The notes beneath the pieces were generated by a model. The model searched no databases. It was not told the origin of the DNA and saw nothing but the letters and a program-made list of their open reading frames with translations. A stretch of DNA of 64,000 bases from Heterodontus francisci (taxonomy: Eukaryota): assembly GCF_036365525.1 (NCBI RefSeq), contig NC_090416.1, positions 14,728,945 through 14,792,944 on the forward strand. Reading direction: 5' to 3'. Below are positions 51,585 through 62,304 of this stretch, piece after piece; the first letter of the stretch is position 1, and every line of letters starts with the position of its first letter. Made by a program: the position numbers and the translations under genes.

Positions 51585-54500
51585 CAAAGAACAAAGAAAA
51601 TTACAGCACAGGAACAGGCCCTTCGGCCCTCCAAGCCTACGCCGATCCAAATCCTCTATCTAAACCTGTCGCCTATTTTCTAAGGTTCTGTATCTCTTTA
51701 CTTCCTGCCCATTCATGTATCTGTCTAGATACATCTTAAAAGACGCCATCGTGCCCGTGTCTACCACCTCCGCTGGCAACGCGTTCCAGGCACCGACCAC
51801 CCTCTGCGTAAAGAACTTTCCACGTATATCCCCCACTAAACTTTTCCCCTTTCACTTTGAACTCATGTCCCCTTGTAATTGAATCCCCCACTCTGGGAAA
51901 AAGCTTCTTGCTATCCACCCTGTCTATACCTCTCATGATTTTGTACACCTCAATCAGGTCCCCCCTCAACCTCCGTCTTTCTAATGAAAATAATCCTAAT
52001 CTACGCAACCTCTCTTCATAGCTAGCGCCCTCCATACCAGGCAACATCCTGGTGAACCTCCTCTGCACCCTCTCCAAAGCATCCACATCCTTTTGGTAAT
52101 GTGGCGACCAGAACTGCACGCAGTATTCCAAATGTGGCCGAACCAAAGTCCTATACAACTGTAACATGACCTGCCAACTCTTGTACTCAATACCCCGTCC
52201 GATGAAGGAAAGCATGCCGTATGCCTTCTTGACCACTCTATTGACCTGCGTTGCCACCTTCAGGGATCAATGGACCTGAACACCCAAATCTCTCTGTACA
52301 TCAATTTTCCCCAGGACTTTTCCATTTACTGTATAGTTCACTCTTGAATTGGATCTTCCAAAATGCATCACCTCGCATTTGCCCTGATTGAACTCCATCT
52401 GCCATTTCTCTGCCCACCTCTCCAGTCTATCTATATTCTGCTGTATTCTCTGACAGTCCCCTTCACTATCTGCTACTCCACCAATCTTAGTGTCGTCTGC
52501 ATACTTGCTAATCTGACCTTCTATACTTTCCTCCAAATCATTTATGTATATCACAAACAACAGTGGTCCCAGCACGGATCCCTGTGGAACACCACTGGTC
52601 ACACGTCTCCATTTTGAGAAACTCCCTTCCACTGCTACTCTCTGTCTCCTGTTGCCCAGCCAGTTCTTTATCCATCTAGCTAGTACACCTTGGACCCCAT
52701 GCGCCTTCACTTTCTCCATCAGCCTACCATGGGGAACCTTATCAAACGCCTTACTGAAGTCCATGTATACGACATCTACAGCCCTTCCCTCATCAATCAA
52801 CTTTGTCACTCCCTCAAAGAATTCTATTAAGTTGGTAAGACATGACCTTCTATGCACAAAAACATGTTGCATATCACTGATGAGCTCATTTTCTTCCCTT
52901 TGGGAATAGATCCTATCCCTCAGTATCTTCTCCAGCAGTTTCCCTACCACTGACGTCAGGATCACCGGTCTATAATTACCTGGATTATCCCTGCTACCCT
53001 TCTTAAACAAGGGGACAACATTAGCAATTCTCCAGTCCTCCGGGACCTCACCCGTGTTTAAGGATGTTGCAAAGATATCTGTTAAGGCCCCAACTATTTC
53101 CTCTCTCGCTTCCCACAGTAAACTGGGATAGATCCCATCCGGACCTGGGGACTTGTCCACCTTAATGCCTTTTAGAATACCCAACCCTTCCTCCCTCCTT
53201 ATGCCGACTTGACCTAGAGTAATCAAACATCTGTCCCTAACCTCAACATCCGTCATGTCCCTCTCCTCGGTGAACACCGATGCAAAGTACTCGTTTAGAA
53301 TCTCACCCACTTTCCCTGACTCTACGCATAACTTTCCTCCTTTGTCCTTCAGTGGGCCAATCCTTTCTCTGGTTACCCTCTTTCTCCTCATATATGAATA
53401 AAAGGTTTTGGGATTTTCCTTAACCCTGTTTGCTAAAGATATTTCATGACCCCTTTTAGCCCTCTTAATTCCTCGTTTCAGATTGTGCCTACAATCCCAA
53501 TATTCTTTCAAAGCTTCGTCTTTCTTCAGCCGCCTAGACCTTATGTATGCTTCCTTTTTCCTCTTAGCTAGTCTCACAATTTCACCTGTCATCCATGGTT
53601 CCCTAATCTTGCCATTTCTACCCCTCATTTTCACAGGAACATGTCTCTCCTGCACGCTAATCAACTTTCTTTAAAAGCCTCCCACATATCAAATGTGGAT
53701 TTACCTTCAAACAGCTGCTCCCAATCTACATTCCCCAACTCCTGCCGAATTTTGGTATAGTTGGCCTTGCCCCAATTTAGCACTCTTCCTTTAGGACCAC
53801 TCTCGTCTTTGTCCATGAGTATTCTAAAACTTACGGAATTGTGATCACTAGTCCCAAAGTAGTCCCCTACTGAAACGTCAACCACCTGGCCCGGCTCATT
53901 CCCCAATACCAGGTCCAGTATGGCCCCTTCCCGAGTTGGACTATTTACATACTGCTCTGGAAAACCCTCCTGGATGCTCCTTACAAATTCTGCTCCATCT
54001 AGACCTCTAACACTAAGTGAATCCCAGTCAATGTTGGGAAAATTAAAATCTCCTATCACCACCACCCTGTTGCTCCTACAGCTTTCCATAATCTGTTTAC
54101 ATATTTGTACCTCTATCTCACGCTCGCTGTTGGGAGGCCTGTAGTACAGCCCCAACATTGTTACCGCACCCTTCCTATTTCTGAGTTCTGCCCATATTGC
54201 CTCACAGCTCGAGTCCTCCATAGTGCCTTCCTTCAGCACAGCTGTGATATCCTCTTTGACCAGTAATGCAACTCCTCAACCCCTTTTACCTCCCTCTCTA
54301 TCCCGCCTGAAGCATCGATATCCTGGGATATTTAGTTGCCAATCATGCCCTTCCCTTAACCAAGTCTCAGTAATAGCAATAACATCATACTCCCAGGTAC
54401 TAATCCAAGCCCTAAGTTCATCTGCCTTACCTACTACACTTCTTGCATTAAAACAAATACACCTCAGACCACCAGTCCCTTTGCTTTCATCATCTGCTCC

Positions 54501-54890
54501 CTGCCTACTCTTTCCCTTAGTCACGCTGACTTCATTATCTAGTTCCTTACAGGCTTTAGTTACTACATCCTTACTCTCCACTGACCTCATTTGGTTCCCA
54601 TCCCCCTGCCACATTAGTTTAAATCCTCCCCAACAGCGTTAGCAAAAGCACCCCCAAGGACATTGGTTCCAGTCCGGCCCAGGTGTAGACCGTCCAATTT
54701 GTAATAGTCCCACCTCCCCCAGAACTGGTCCCAATGTCCCAAAAATCTGAACCCCTCCCTCCTGCACCATCTCTCAAGCCACGCATTCATCCTGACTATT
54801 CTTTCATTTCTAGTCTGACTATCACGTGGCACTGGGAGCAATCCTGAGATTACTACCTCTGAGGTCCTACTTTTTAACTTGGCTCCTAGT
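51585..54890 (-). mobile_element. Relatively young CR1 LINE (ORF1 esterase C-terminus plus nearly full ORF2) in the last intron of gene A
   Basis: 54614-54841 SGNH-esterase-like (MNAWLERWC...DGLHL); 53661-54614 APE (NARS, ITETW, GDFN, SDH); 52267-53664 RT (YADD); 51736-52257 C-terminus; few disruptions. Confidence 0.95.
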
Positions 54891-55224
54891 CGCGAAACTT
54901 CGCATACAAGGGGGGCAGAACCTTAAAATTAGAGCCAGGCTGTTCTAGGGGTGATGTCAGGAAGCATTTCTTCACACAAAGGGGAGTGGGAATCTGGAAC
55001 TCTCTCCCAAAAATGTGTTGAGGCTGGGGGTCAATTGGACAATGTCATAACTGAGAGTGATAGATTCTTTGGAGGTAAGGGGATTAAGAGTTACAGAACC
55101 AGGGCGGGTAGATGGAGTTAAGATTTAATTGAATGCCGGAACAGACTGGAGGGGCTGACTGGCCTCCTCCTGTTCCTCTGATGATGATCTGGGTTACGGT
55201 AATGGTTTCTGTTTTCCCTCACAG

Positions 55225-55269
55225 ACACTTTACGCTCGCCTGGCGGTTAACGCGGATCCCACACTCTGA
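55225..55269 (+). CDS. Gene A exon 6: terminal cytoplasmic exon with ITIM/ITSM-type motif
   Basis: tttctgttttccctcacag|ACA CTT TAC GCT CGC CTG... = TLYARLAVNADPTL*. Phase 0 matches exon 5, and the six exons sum to 912 nt (303 aa). Confidence 0.72.
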   Translation, partial: TLYARLAVNADPTL

Positions 55270-55605
55270 TGGGGAAAGGAAGCTCTCACACTCTGCTTCC
55301 GGGATATGACGTATTGTAGAAAGTTTCCTTTGTTTGGCCGGAGAGTCTTTCAGTCCAACTGGCGGCAATTTCAGCCAAATCTGGGCGTAATTTTCCGATT
55401 GCACCTAAAACGGAATCTGTGAATTCCCTCTGAATATCCGCTATTCTAACGATGATATGTCGCCTGCAGTTTCAGTTCAGTCTCGACATGTTTCCACTTT
55501 CTTGGATTGGTAGTTTTTAATTGTATTGGACATCTTTATACAGCATGTGAGTGGGATATCGTTCAAACAATCTTTACAATGTATCAGTGTCCGAGTTACA
55601 ATTAT

Positions 55606-55611
55606 AATAAA
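55606..55611 (+). terminator. Candidate polyadenylation signal of gene A
   Basis: AATAAA about 340 nt after the stop, followed by GT-rich sequence. Confidence 0.5.
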
Positions 55612-57669
55612 AGAGATTTGTAAATGAATGATAGGTTTGTGATTCCAGTTGTTTAATGGTTCAGTCGAGATTCGCTCAGGATATCTCTCAGACCAATTTA
55701 CAAAGACCTTTAGAGAGCACATGTGTGTGGGTTAAAAATAGACAGAAGGACTGACAGGAGATTTCAGACACTGACTCGGGATTTAAGCTGCATTAATGTT
55801 CAAGCTGCAGTGTTAGTGAAGCCGAGCTTTCTCTGATTGTGTCCTGGGAGTGAACACTGTTACATTTACTCTTCAAACACAATATTTTAAATCAACCTGC
55901 TCTTTGATATTGCAGTCCAGTGATTTCGGCAGTAAAATTGTGTTGAGTTTCACCTCCTGTTAGAATCATAGAATCACAGACACAGCACAGAGGGAGGCCA
56001 TTCGGCCCCTTACCCATATGCTGGTGTTTAAAGAGCTGTGCAGTTTACTCTGAAACCCTAGTGATCTCCACACATCCTGAAAATTAGTCCCCTTCTAGTA
56101 CACGTCCAAGTAAAGCTAGTGTCTAATATTTCTGAAAACAGACTCCATCCACTGTGACTGAAAACAGTTTGCTGGCGATGTAAATAATCACAAACGTTAA
56201 CACAATTCGCTCTTCAGATTAGAAAATCAGTCAACCGTGTGAGTTAGATTCAATGGTTCACTGAGATGGGGTGATATGTTTCGGGTCCACCTTCAATTTG
56301 ATATGCATTAAAAAGCTGGGATTGAGACCATTGGTGTGATGAGTACTGGATAATTGAGTTGGTTATTAAACTCTGATCAAATCGGCAACCTCTTGTGATT
56401 CATGTCCCGAGCGGATAGAAAACATTCCCAAATTCACAACGGTTTATTCTGCTGTAAAATACAGATAATGTTAAGAAGTTTTGGAAACACTTGTTAGATG
56501 ATGCAGATGGAAAAGGTCATTCTGCTCAACATGGCTCATTCACCCAGACAGGTTCAGTCCTCCTCGCCCCTCAGGACAGTGAACTGTTTCTGAAATGACT
56601 CCAGGGGAGTTAACACACTCCGCCCAACCCAGAGGATCATTCCCAGTGCTGATCACTTTCTGTGTCATGAACCTCCTGACATCAGTCCTCATTCTTCCTA
56701 GTCATAGTTTGAACAGCTAATTCTGCTGGCAACAGGTACATAGGAACAGGAGGAGGCCATTCGGCCCCTCGAGTTTGTTCCCTATTCAATCAGATCATGG
56801 CTGATCTGTCTGTTAACTCCATCTCCCTGCCTTGGTTCCTTATCCCTTAATCCCCTTACCCAACAAAAAATGTCCATTTCAGCACCGAAATTACCAATTG
56901 ACCCCCTCCCAGCCTCAACAGCTTTCTTGGGAGAGAGTTCCCGATTTCCACTCACATTTGCGTGAAGAAGTGCTTCCGAACATCGACTCTGAACTGACTC
57001 TAATTTTAAGGTGTTTCCCCTTTGTTCTGGACTCCCCACCACCAGATGACAAAGTTTATCTCTTTCATATCATTTAGTCAAGTAAAACAACCCAATTCGC
57101 CCAACCCTTAATCTATTCTCATGGGAATACAAGCCTAGCCTGTGCAAAATGCAACCCTTCCGTCTGCAGTGCAGTTTGGTTTGCATTAGTCTTTGCCGTT
57201 TAGCGCATCTACTCCCACATGCTCAACAGTCAGTGAATTTACTCCAAACTGTAAATCACCAATAGTAACTCATTCTGTCAACGCACTGTTACTCTGTTCT
57301 GAACCAGCTCTTAGGCCTAAATATCTGCCCGCGTGTTTGGGATACTTCTGGTCTCCAATTTAGCCAGACTACAAATCAGTTTCGGCCTGGTGGAGCATTA
57401 TGTGCAAATCGGGACTTCTGGCCTAACTGGGAGTACAGGGGATGGATGATGGGTAAACAGGACTTGTTGCGAGATGGGACACAGGACAACAAAGTTTACA
57501 ACGCTAATTATTCTCCCTTAGGGATACCGGGACACAAGAACCAAATTTATCCCACACGACGGTACCTCCACCTGGGCTCCATTGGGCGCCTGAATTGATT
57601 GTCCAGTGTGACTTTCATTTGAACATGGAAAGGTATTTGGGACGTCACCGGAAGGAAGTTGTGCTCCCG

Positions 57670-57780
57670 CTGCTTCTACACCTCAGCTGCAAGGTGTGAA
57701 AAAGAGCAGCTCCTGGTGGCGGAGAAATGCCGTCAGACACACCCTCTTACTACATGTTGCTACTTGGGTCCTACTTGGTG
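57670..57780 (-). pseudogene. Possible decayed TM exon of an inverted third VJ-C1 paralogue
   Basis: rc GTGTGTCTGACGGCATTTCTCC...TTCAC...AGCTG...GAAGCAGC resembles gene A TM GTTTGTCGGCGGCGGCGTTTCTCC...TTCAC...AGCTGCAGGAAGCGGC. It lies in the expected order downstream of the pseudo-C1. Confidence 0.4.
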
Positions 57781-58469
57781 AACTGAACAAACCTAATTTA
57801 CATTCAAGTGTCAAGCTATATGAAATTGAATGATGAATCTGCTTCGAGATGAATTGACTGGAAGTAATTAATGAATCCTTGGATTGTCTGAGTGATGCAA
57901 TGAGTTGATTGCCGTTTATAACGAAATATTCTAGCACGTTAATGACGGGGCTTGTGGAGTATAGCCGGTTAACACACACCTACACTGTTTCCTGATACAG
58001 CATGCTTTTTTCAAAACAATATTCAGATATAATGTTTGATAAATCAGCTACCTAAAACATTGCTGTAAGGTATCGTAGTGAGTTATGGTGAGAGATGACC
58101 TTATTTTGCTAGAATCAGTCCTGTTGGATGATTCCGGATATCACAAAATGCGGATTAATGGACACAATTTGCTGCAGCTCCAGAAATTGTCGATCCCGGT
58201 TTAGAGGTTTTAACCGTCAGGAAAAATTGTACAACTGAGGCTTCTTTCTCCAGAATAAAGAAGGTTGAGGGGAGACCTGATAGAGGTCTTTACAATTATC
58301 CTCGTGTGGAGGATACAGACCAACAAGGAGCAGTTGGGGCTGAATGTCCTGTTTCTGTGCTGTAAATTCAACGTAATTGCAACTATTGAAGGGCTTGCAG
58401 TCAAAGGGACTGTCAGAGGGACTCAGCCATGTCTGATTTTCTCAATAGTATTTCCCCGACATGCTATAC

Positions 58470-58665
58470 ACACATTTGTGCTGGTGAATCTGAGTTGAAC
58501 CACAGACAGCGCCGCTGGTCCAAGTTTCCATCGAGATACTGTTACACTGTCGGTTCCGCCTGGGTCTATTGTACCGGAAATCAGTTCGTCTCTCAGTAAC
58601 TCGCTCGGAAATATCCCCAAAATAGGAATACAGTTCGAGGAAACACCAGTGACTAATCTCAATAA
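58470..58665 (-). pseudogene. Frameshifted C1-exon relic of an inverted third VJ-C1 paralogue
   Basis: Minus-strand frames give RLVTGVSSNCIPILG (cf. CLVRGLSPNSLPIRW), ISERVTERRTD (cf. VSGRVTEEETD), SGTIDPGGTDSV (cf. SGTIDPDGTYSI) and SISMETWTSGAVC (cf. SVSAETWSSGVVC). Confidence 0.85.
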
Positions 58666-60147
58666 AGATCAAATATACTTTAATTAACATCAAAGTTCAG
58701 GAACATAGCGACAAGAGGAGGTCATTCACCCCCTGCAGGTGCAGATTTCCGCTCCCCTTTGGGTGACATCACCCCTGAACAGCCTGGCTGTAATGTAACT
58801 AACAAACTGTCCATTCGCAACAATTATATTGAACCTGAATACACAGATTCCTTTGCTGTATATATTACATGCTTAGAGTGCAAAGGAATGATTCTTCCCC
58901 CATTCACTCCCATTACAAGAAACTCCAAAACACATGCATTTTCAAAATTCATTATTCTGAATGCTACTGGGAAAATATCAGTTAATTCACAATGTGTATC
59001 ATTCCAGAGGACGAAACTCTTCCCCACAAATCATTATCCGGAAGTAGAAATGATTGCAATTTACAAAGTTTACAAAATACCAATGGGTTAAACCTCTTTA
59101 TTGTTTCATCTGCCAATTATAATCTGAGCAATATTACTTCCATCTTTATCAAAACTTAAGGGAATGTGTTGTAAGAGCTGGAATGTAATCGAGATGGGAA
59201 TTCTGTCTGTCTCGCCAGAGGAGCTGGGAAGGGGCTTGGAATACAGGAATCCTGAGGCCGAGCGTGGACATCAGAACAGGAGCGCCATCAGAATCGCACC
59301 CAGGGCTGATAAATGATGATGAACCGGCGGTGACCTTTGATCTGCGGTTAATAACACTTGGGAGTAAAACGCGGGGAATGAGATAAGAAAGAACTCGCAT
59401 TTCAGTAGCGCCTTTCACAGCCGCAGAACGTCCCTGAGCGCTACACCATACACTTTTGAAGTGTGGTCACTGCTGTAATGCAGGAACTGCGGCAGCCAGG
59501 TTTTACACAGCAAGATCCAACAAATAGAAATGTGATAATGATTAGGGCACTTCTTTTACTGATGTTGGTTGAGAGATAAATATAAATAGGGAACCTTGCA
59601 ATAATGTCTGTGGGAGCCCGAGAGGTCAGACCGGCCATCGGTTTAACGCCTCATCCCGAAAGACGGCACCTCCGACATTGCAGCACTCCCTCAGTACTGG
59701 CACTGAAAGTGTCCTGGATTTTTGTGCTCAAGTCTCTGGATTGGGACGTGAACCTCTGATGCTTTGTCTCAGACCCCGAGAGCGCCACCCACTGGGCCAC
59801 AGTGTGTGAGACAGGGAGGAGCCCGACACAAGAGACTGGCGGGATAAAGATACTGGGTGACAAAGTTACTGAAAAAATCACATATTATCCCACCTTTCTT
59901 AAATCTGATATATTTTTATTGGAATAAATAAGGGTGTCTCCATTAATGTGTTCTGGGTGAATAAAACACAACACTCGGAATGAGGGGCATTTCCCCGTGC
60001 CCAGGTAAATGATATAAAGGAGTATAGTGTGTTGAATTCAGTACTGTAGACCTGCCCCTTGTCTACAGTTTAAACAGCCTGGACTGCACCCGGCCTTTCA
60101 TGCGTGTTGAACACGATCTGTGACGTATAGACCTTTGCAGGCAGATC

Positions 60148-60186
60148 TGTGCGTGGGCGCTTAACCTGTCAACAGGAAACCCACAG
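60148..60186 (+). promoter_or_regulatory. Conserved promoter block of gene B
   Basis: TGTGCGTG followed by AACAGGAAACCCACAG (60171-60186), identical to the gene A 16-mer. Confidence 0.65.
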
Positions 60187-60350
60187 CGCGAATTTACACC
60201 GCGCTGCATTTTCCAGCCTGCTATTTTTAAACGCACCACCTAATTTGCACAAATGTCTATTTTCACATGTCTTTGGAGCCGGGCCCAGCACAGAGACACC
60301 TGAGCAAACAGTCAGTGCAAATCTCACAGCAACCGCCCCGTTAGCAGAGG

Positions 60351-60393
60351 ATGAGCTTCGGAATTCCCTGTGTGCTGTTCCATCTTTTCCCAG
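60351..60393 (+). CDS. VJ-C1 receptor gene B, exon 1 (signal peptide)
   Basis: ATGAGCTTCG...MSFGIPCVLFHLFP, then G|gtttg; 43 nt, the same length, start and phase as gene A exon 1. Confidence 0.8.
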
Positions 60394-61050
60394 GTTTGTC
60401 CTCTTCACTTCTCATTCATGGCGGAATTCCAGCGTAAGATGACTGAGGTAGTCAGCAAAGTAGAAGGTTGCTCCCCTACCTGTATTTTATACTATTAATG
60501 TCGTGTTGAAGGGCTGCATTATCTCAGGTTAGTCATGTTAATGACACCAAGTGTCAACCTTCTCCAATCTTTCCTCAGTGATGTTAAACCGAGGCCTCGT
60601 CTGCCCCTCTCAGGTGGATGTTAAAGATCCCACGGCCACTACTGGAAGAAGAGCGAGGGCAGGGGTGGGATGTGGGGGGCGGGGGAGAGGAGCTCTTCTC
60701 GGTGTCCTGGGGTCAATATTTATCCCTCAACCGACATCACTTATATACATGATCCGGTCATTATCACATTGCTGTTTGTGGGATCATGCTGTGTGCAATT
60801 TTGTCTGTGGTGTTTCCCACATTGCAATGTGACTACACTTCAAAGATGATTTCAATGGCTGTAAAGTATCTCTGTCTCTTCCTCGTGTTATTGCCTCAAG
60901 TTTAACCTCAGCATTTGACTCAATTATGTTTGCTGATCATTAATGACACGTTGGTCCATTTTACAGTTTACTGTTGTAGCCGTTTCCTCATATGAAACAG
61001 TATTTATTTCCAACATAAGAGACCCTTTTGTGATCAGTTAGTTCTCTCAG

Positions 61051-61386
61051 TTATTGTCTCTCAGGCAGTATCCCAGACTCCGGACTTTCAGACTGTCTCA
61101 CATGGAAGTATCTTTACAGTGCATTGTCAGCCGGGTTGGTTAGCAGGAGGAGCGGTTGACTGGTATAAACAGCTGCACCGGGAACATTTAAAACTGGTTT
61201 ACACCGTGACAAAACACGGCCGTCCAGCCGGAAGATTTTCCGGGGAAGTTAACGATGAATCGACTCTTTATTCTCTGATTATTCGGGATGTGCAGGCAAA
61301 TGATTCGGGCTTCTATTGCTGTGCCGCTAAGGAATTTAGCGGGCAGCCCTTGATGTTCGGAAACGCCTCGAAATTGCTCATTACAG
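61051..61386 (+). CDS. Gene B exon 2: germline-joined VJ-type Ig domain
   Basis: ctctcag|..IVSQAVSQTPDFQTVSHGSIFTVHC..WYKQ..GRFSGEV..LIIRDVQANDSGFYCCA-AKEFSGQPLM-FGNASKLLIT, then G|gtaag. Confidence 0.92.
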
Positions 61387-61476
61387 GTAAGGATTACGAG
61401 TTTTTGACTCATTTCATCTTAAATAAGCAGGAATTGATGTCGAATGGTGATCACATCTTAATTCCCACCTCGGCAG

Positions 61477-61779
61477 GGTCTCCAATCATGTTTCTCTTAA
61501 CTCCACCGCCGGCTGAAATTTCCTCCATGCAAAGGGTCCCATTGATGTGTTTGGTAAGAGGCCTGTCTCCCAATTCCCTTCCCATCCGCTGGAATGTTTC
61601 CGGACGGGTTACCGAGGAAGAGACCGATTCCGGGACAATAGACCCGGACGGGACATACAGTATCAGGAGTCACATCAGCGTCTCGGCGGAAACTTGGAGC
61701 AGCGGCGTTGTCTGTACTTGTACTGTTCAAATCAACTCTACAGAGAATCTTATCAGTGAAAGTGTCTCATCTCAGAGAG
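61477..61779 (+). CDS. Gene B exon 3: C1-type Ig domain (downstream exons expected beyond the window)
   Basis: cggcag|(G)SPIMFLLTPPPAEISSMQRVPLMCLVRG...VVCTCTV...SVSSQR, then G|gtaac; 84/101 aa identical to gene A C1 by hand count. Confidence 0.92.
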
Positions 61780-62304
61780 GTAACTACTAACAGTGACCCT
61801 TTACTAATGTATTTAATGCTGATGTGAGGCTTAGTTGTTAGCAATATCACTTCGTAAGTTAAAATTCTCCCGATTTCTGTGTGTCTCTGTAAATTATCTC
61901 ATCATTTCCCTCTCCCTCCTATGGCTCATTACTGCGGTGTTTAACTTTCTGAATTTTTAAGTCTAGCTGTATCGTTGGGACGTCCATGTATGGCGGGGAA
62001 TTAAGCACCTTGACTGGTCGGAAATTAAAATTGTAAAATAAAACTTCAATTTCCAGTTAACCACTTTCTCCCTCCATGCCTATGTGTTGTTACCTATATT
62101 ACATCGAATTTCCAGCACTCAAATAGACCATTCGGCCCACTGGTCTGTGCTGATGTTTATGCCCCACATATACCTGCTCTCATTCCCTCTTCACCTCATC
62201 CTATCAACAGATCCTTCCAATCTTTTCTCCTTCATGTGTTTATCCAGATTCCCCTTAAATGCATCTATGTTATTTACCTCCGCCAGTCCCTGTGGTAGCG
62301 AATT

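Noticed and set aside
59270-59341. Minus-strand hydrophobic stretch (LSALGAILMALLF*) as another TM relic
   Set aside because: It lies in the wrong order relative to the pseudo-C1 and shows no clear nucleotide similarity to the gene A TM exon.
49163-61779. Rearranging TCR/Ig locus or NKp30 (NCR3) assignment
   Set aside because: V and J are fused in the germline with no RSS seen, and each V has its own C1. Gene A lacks a charged TM residue and has a C1 domain, unlike NKp30. No gene symbol assigned.
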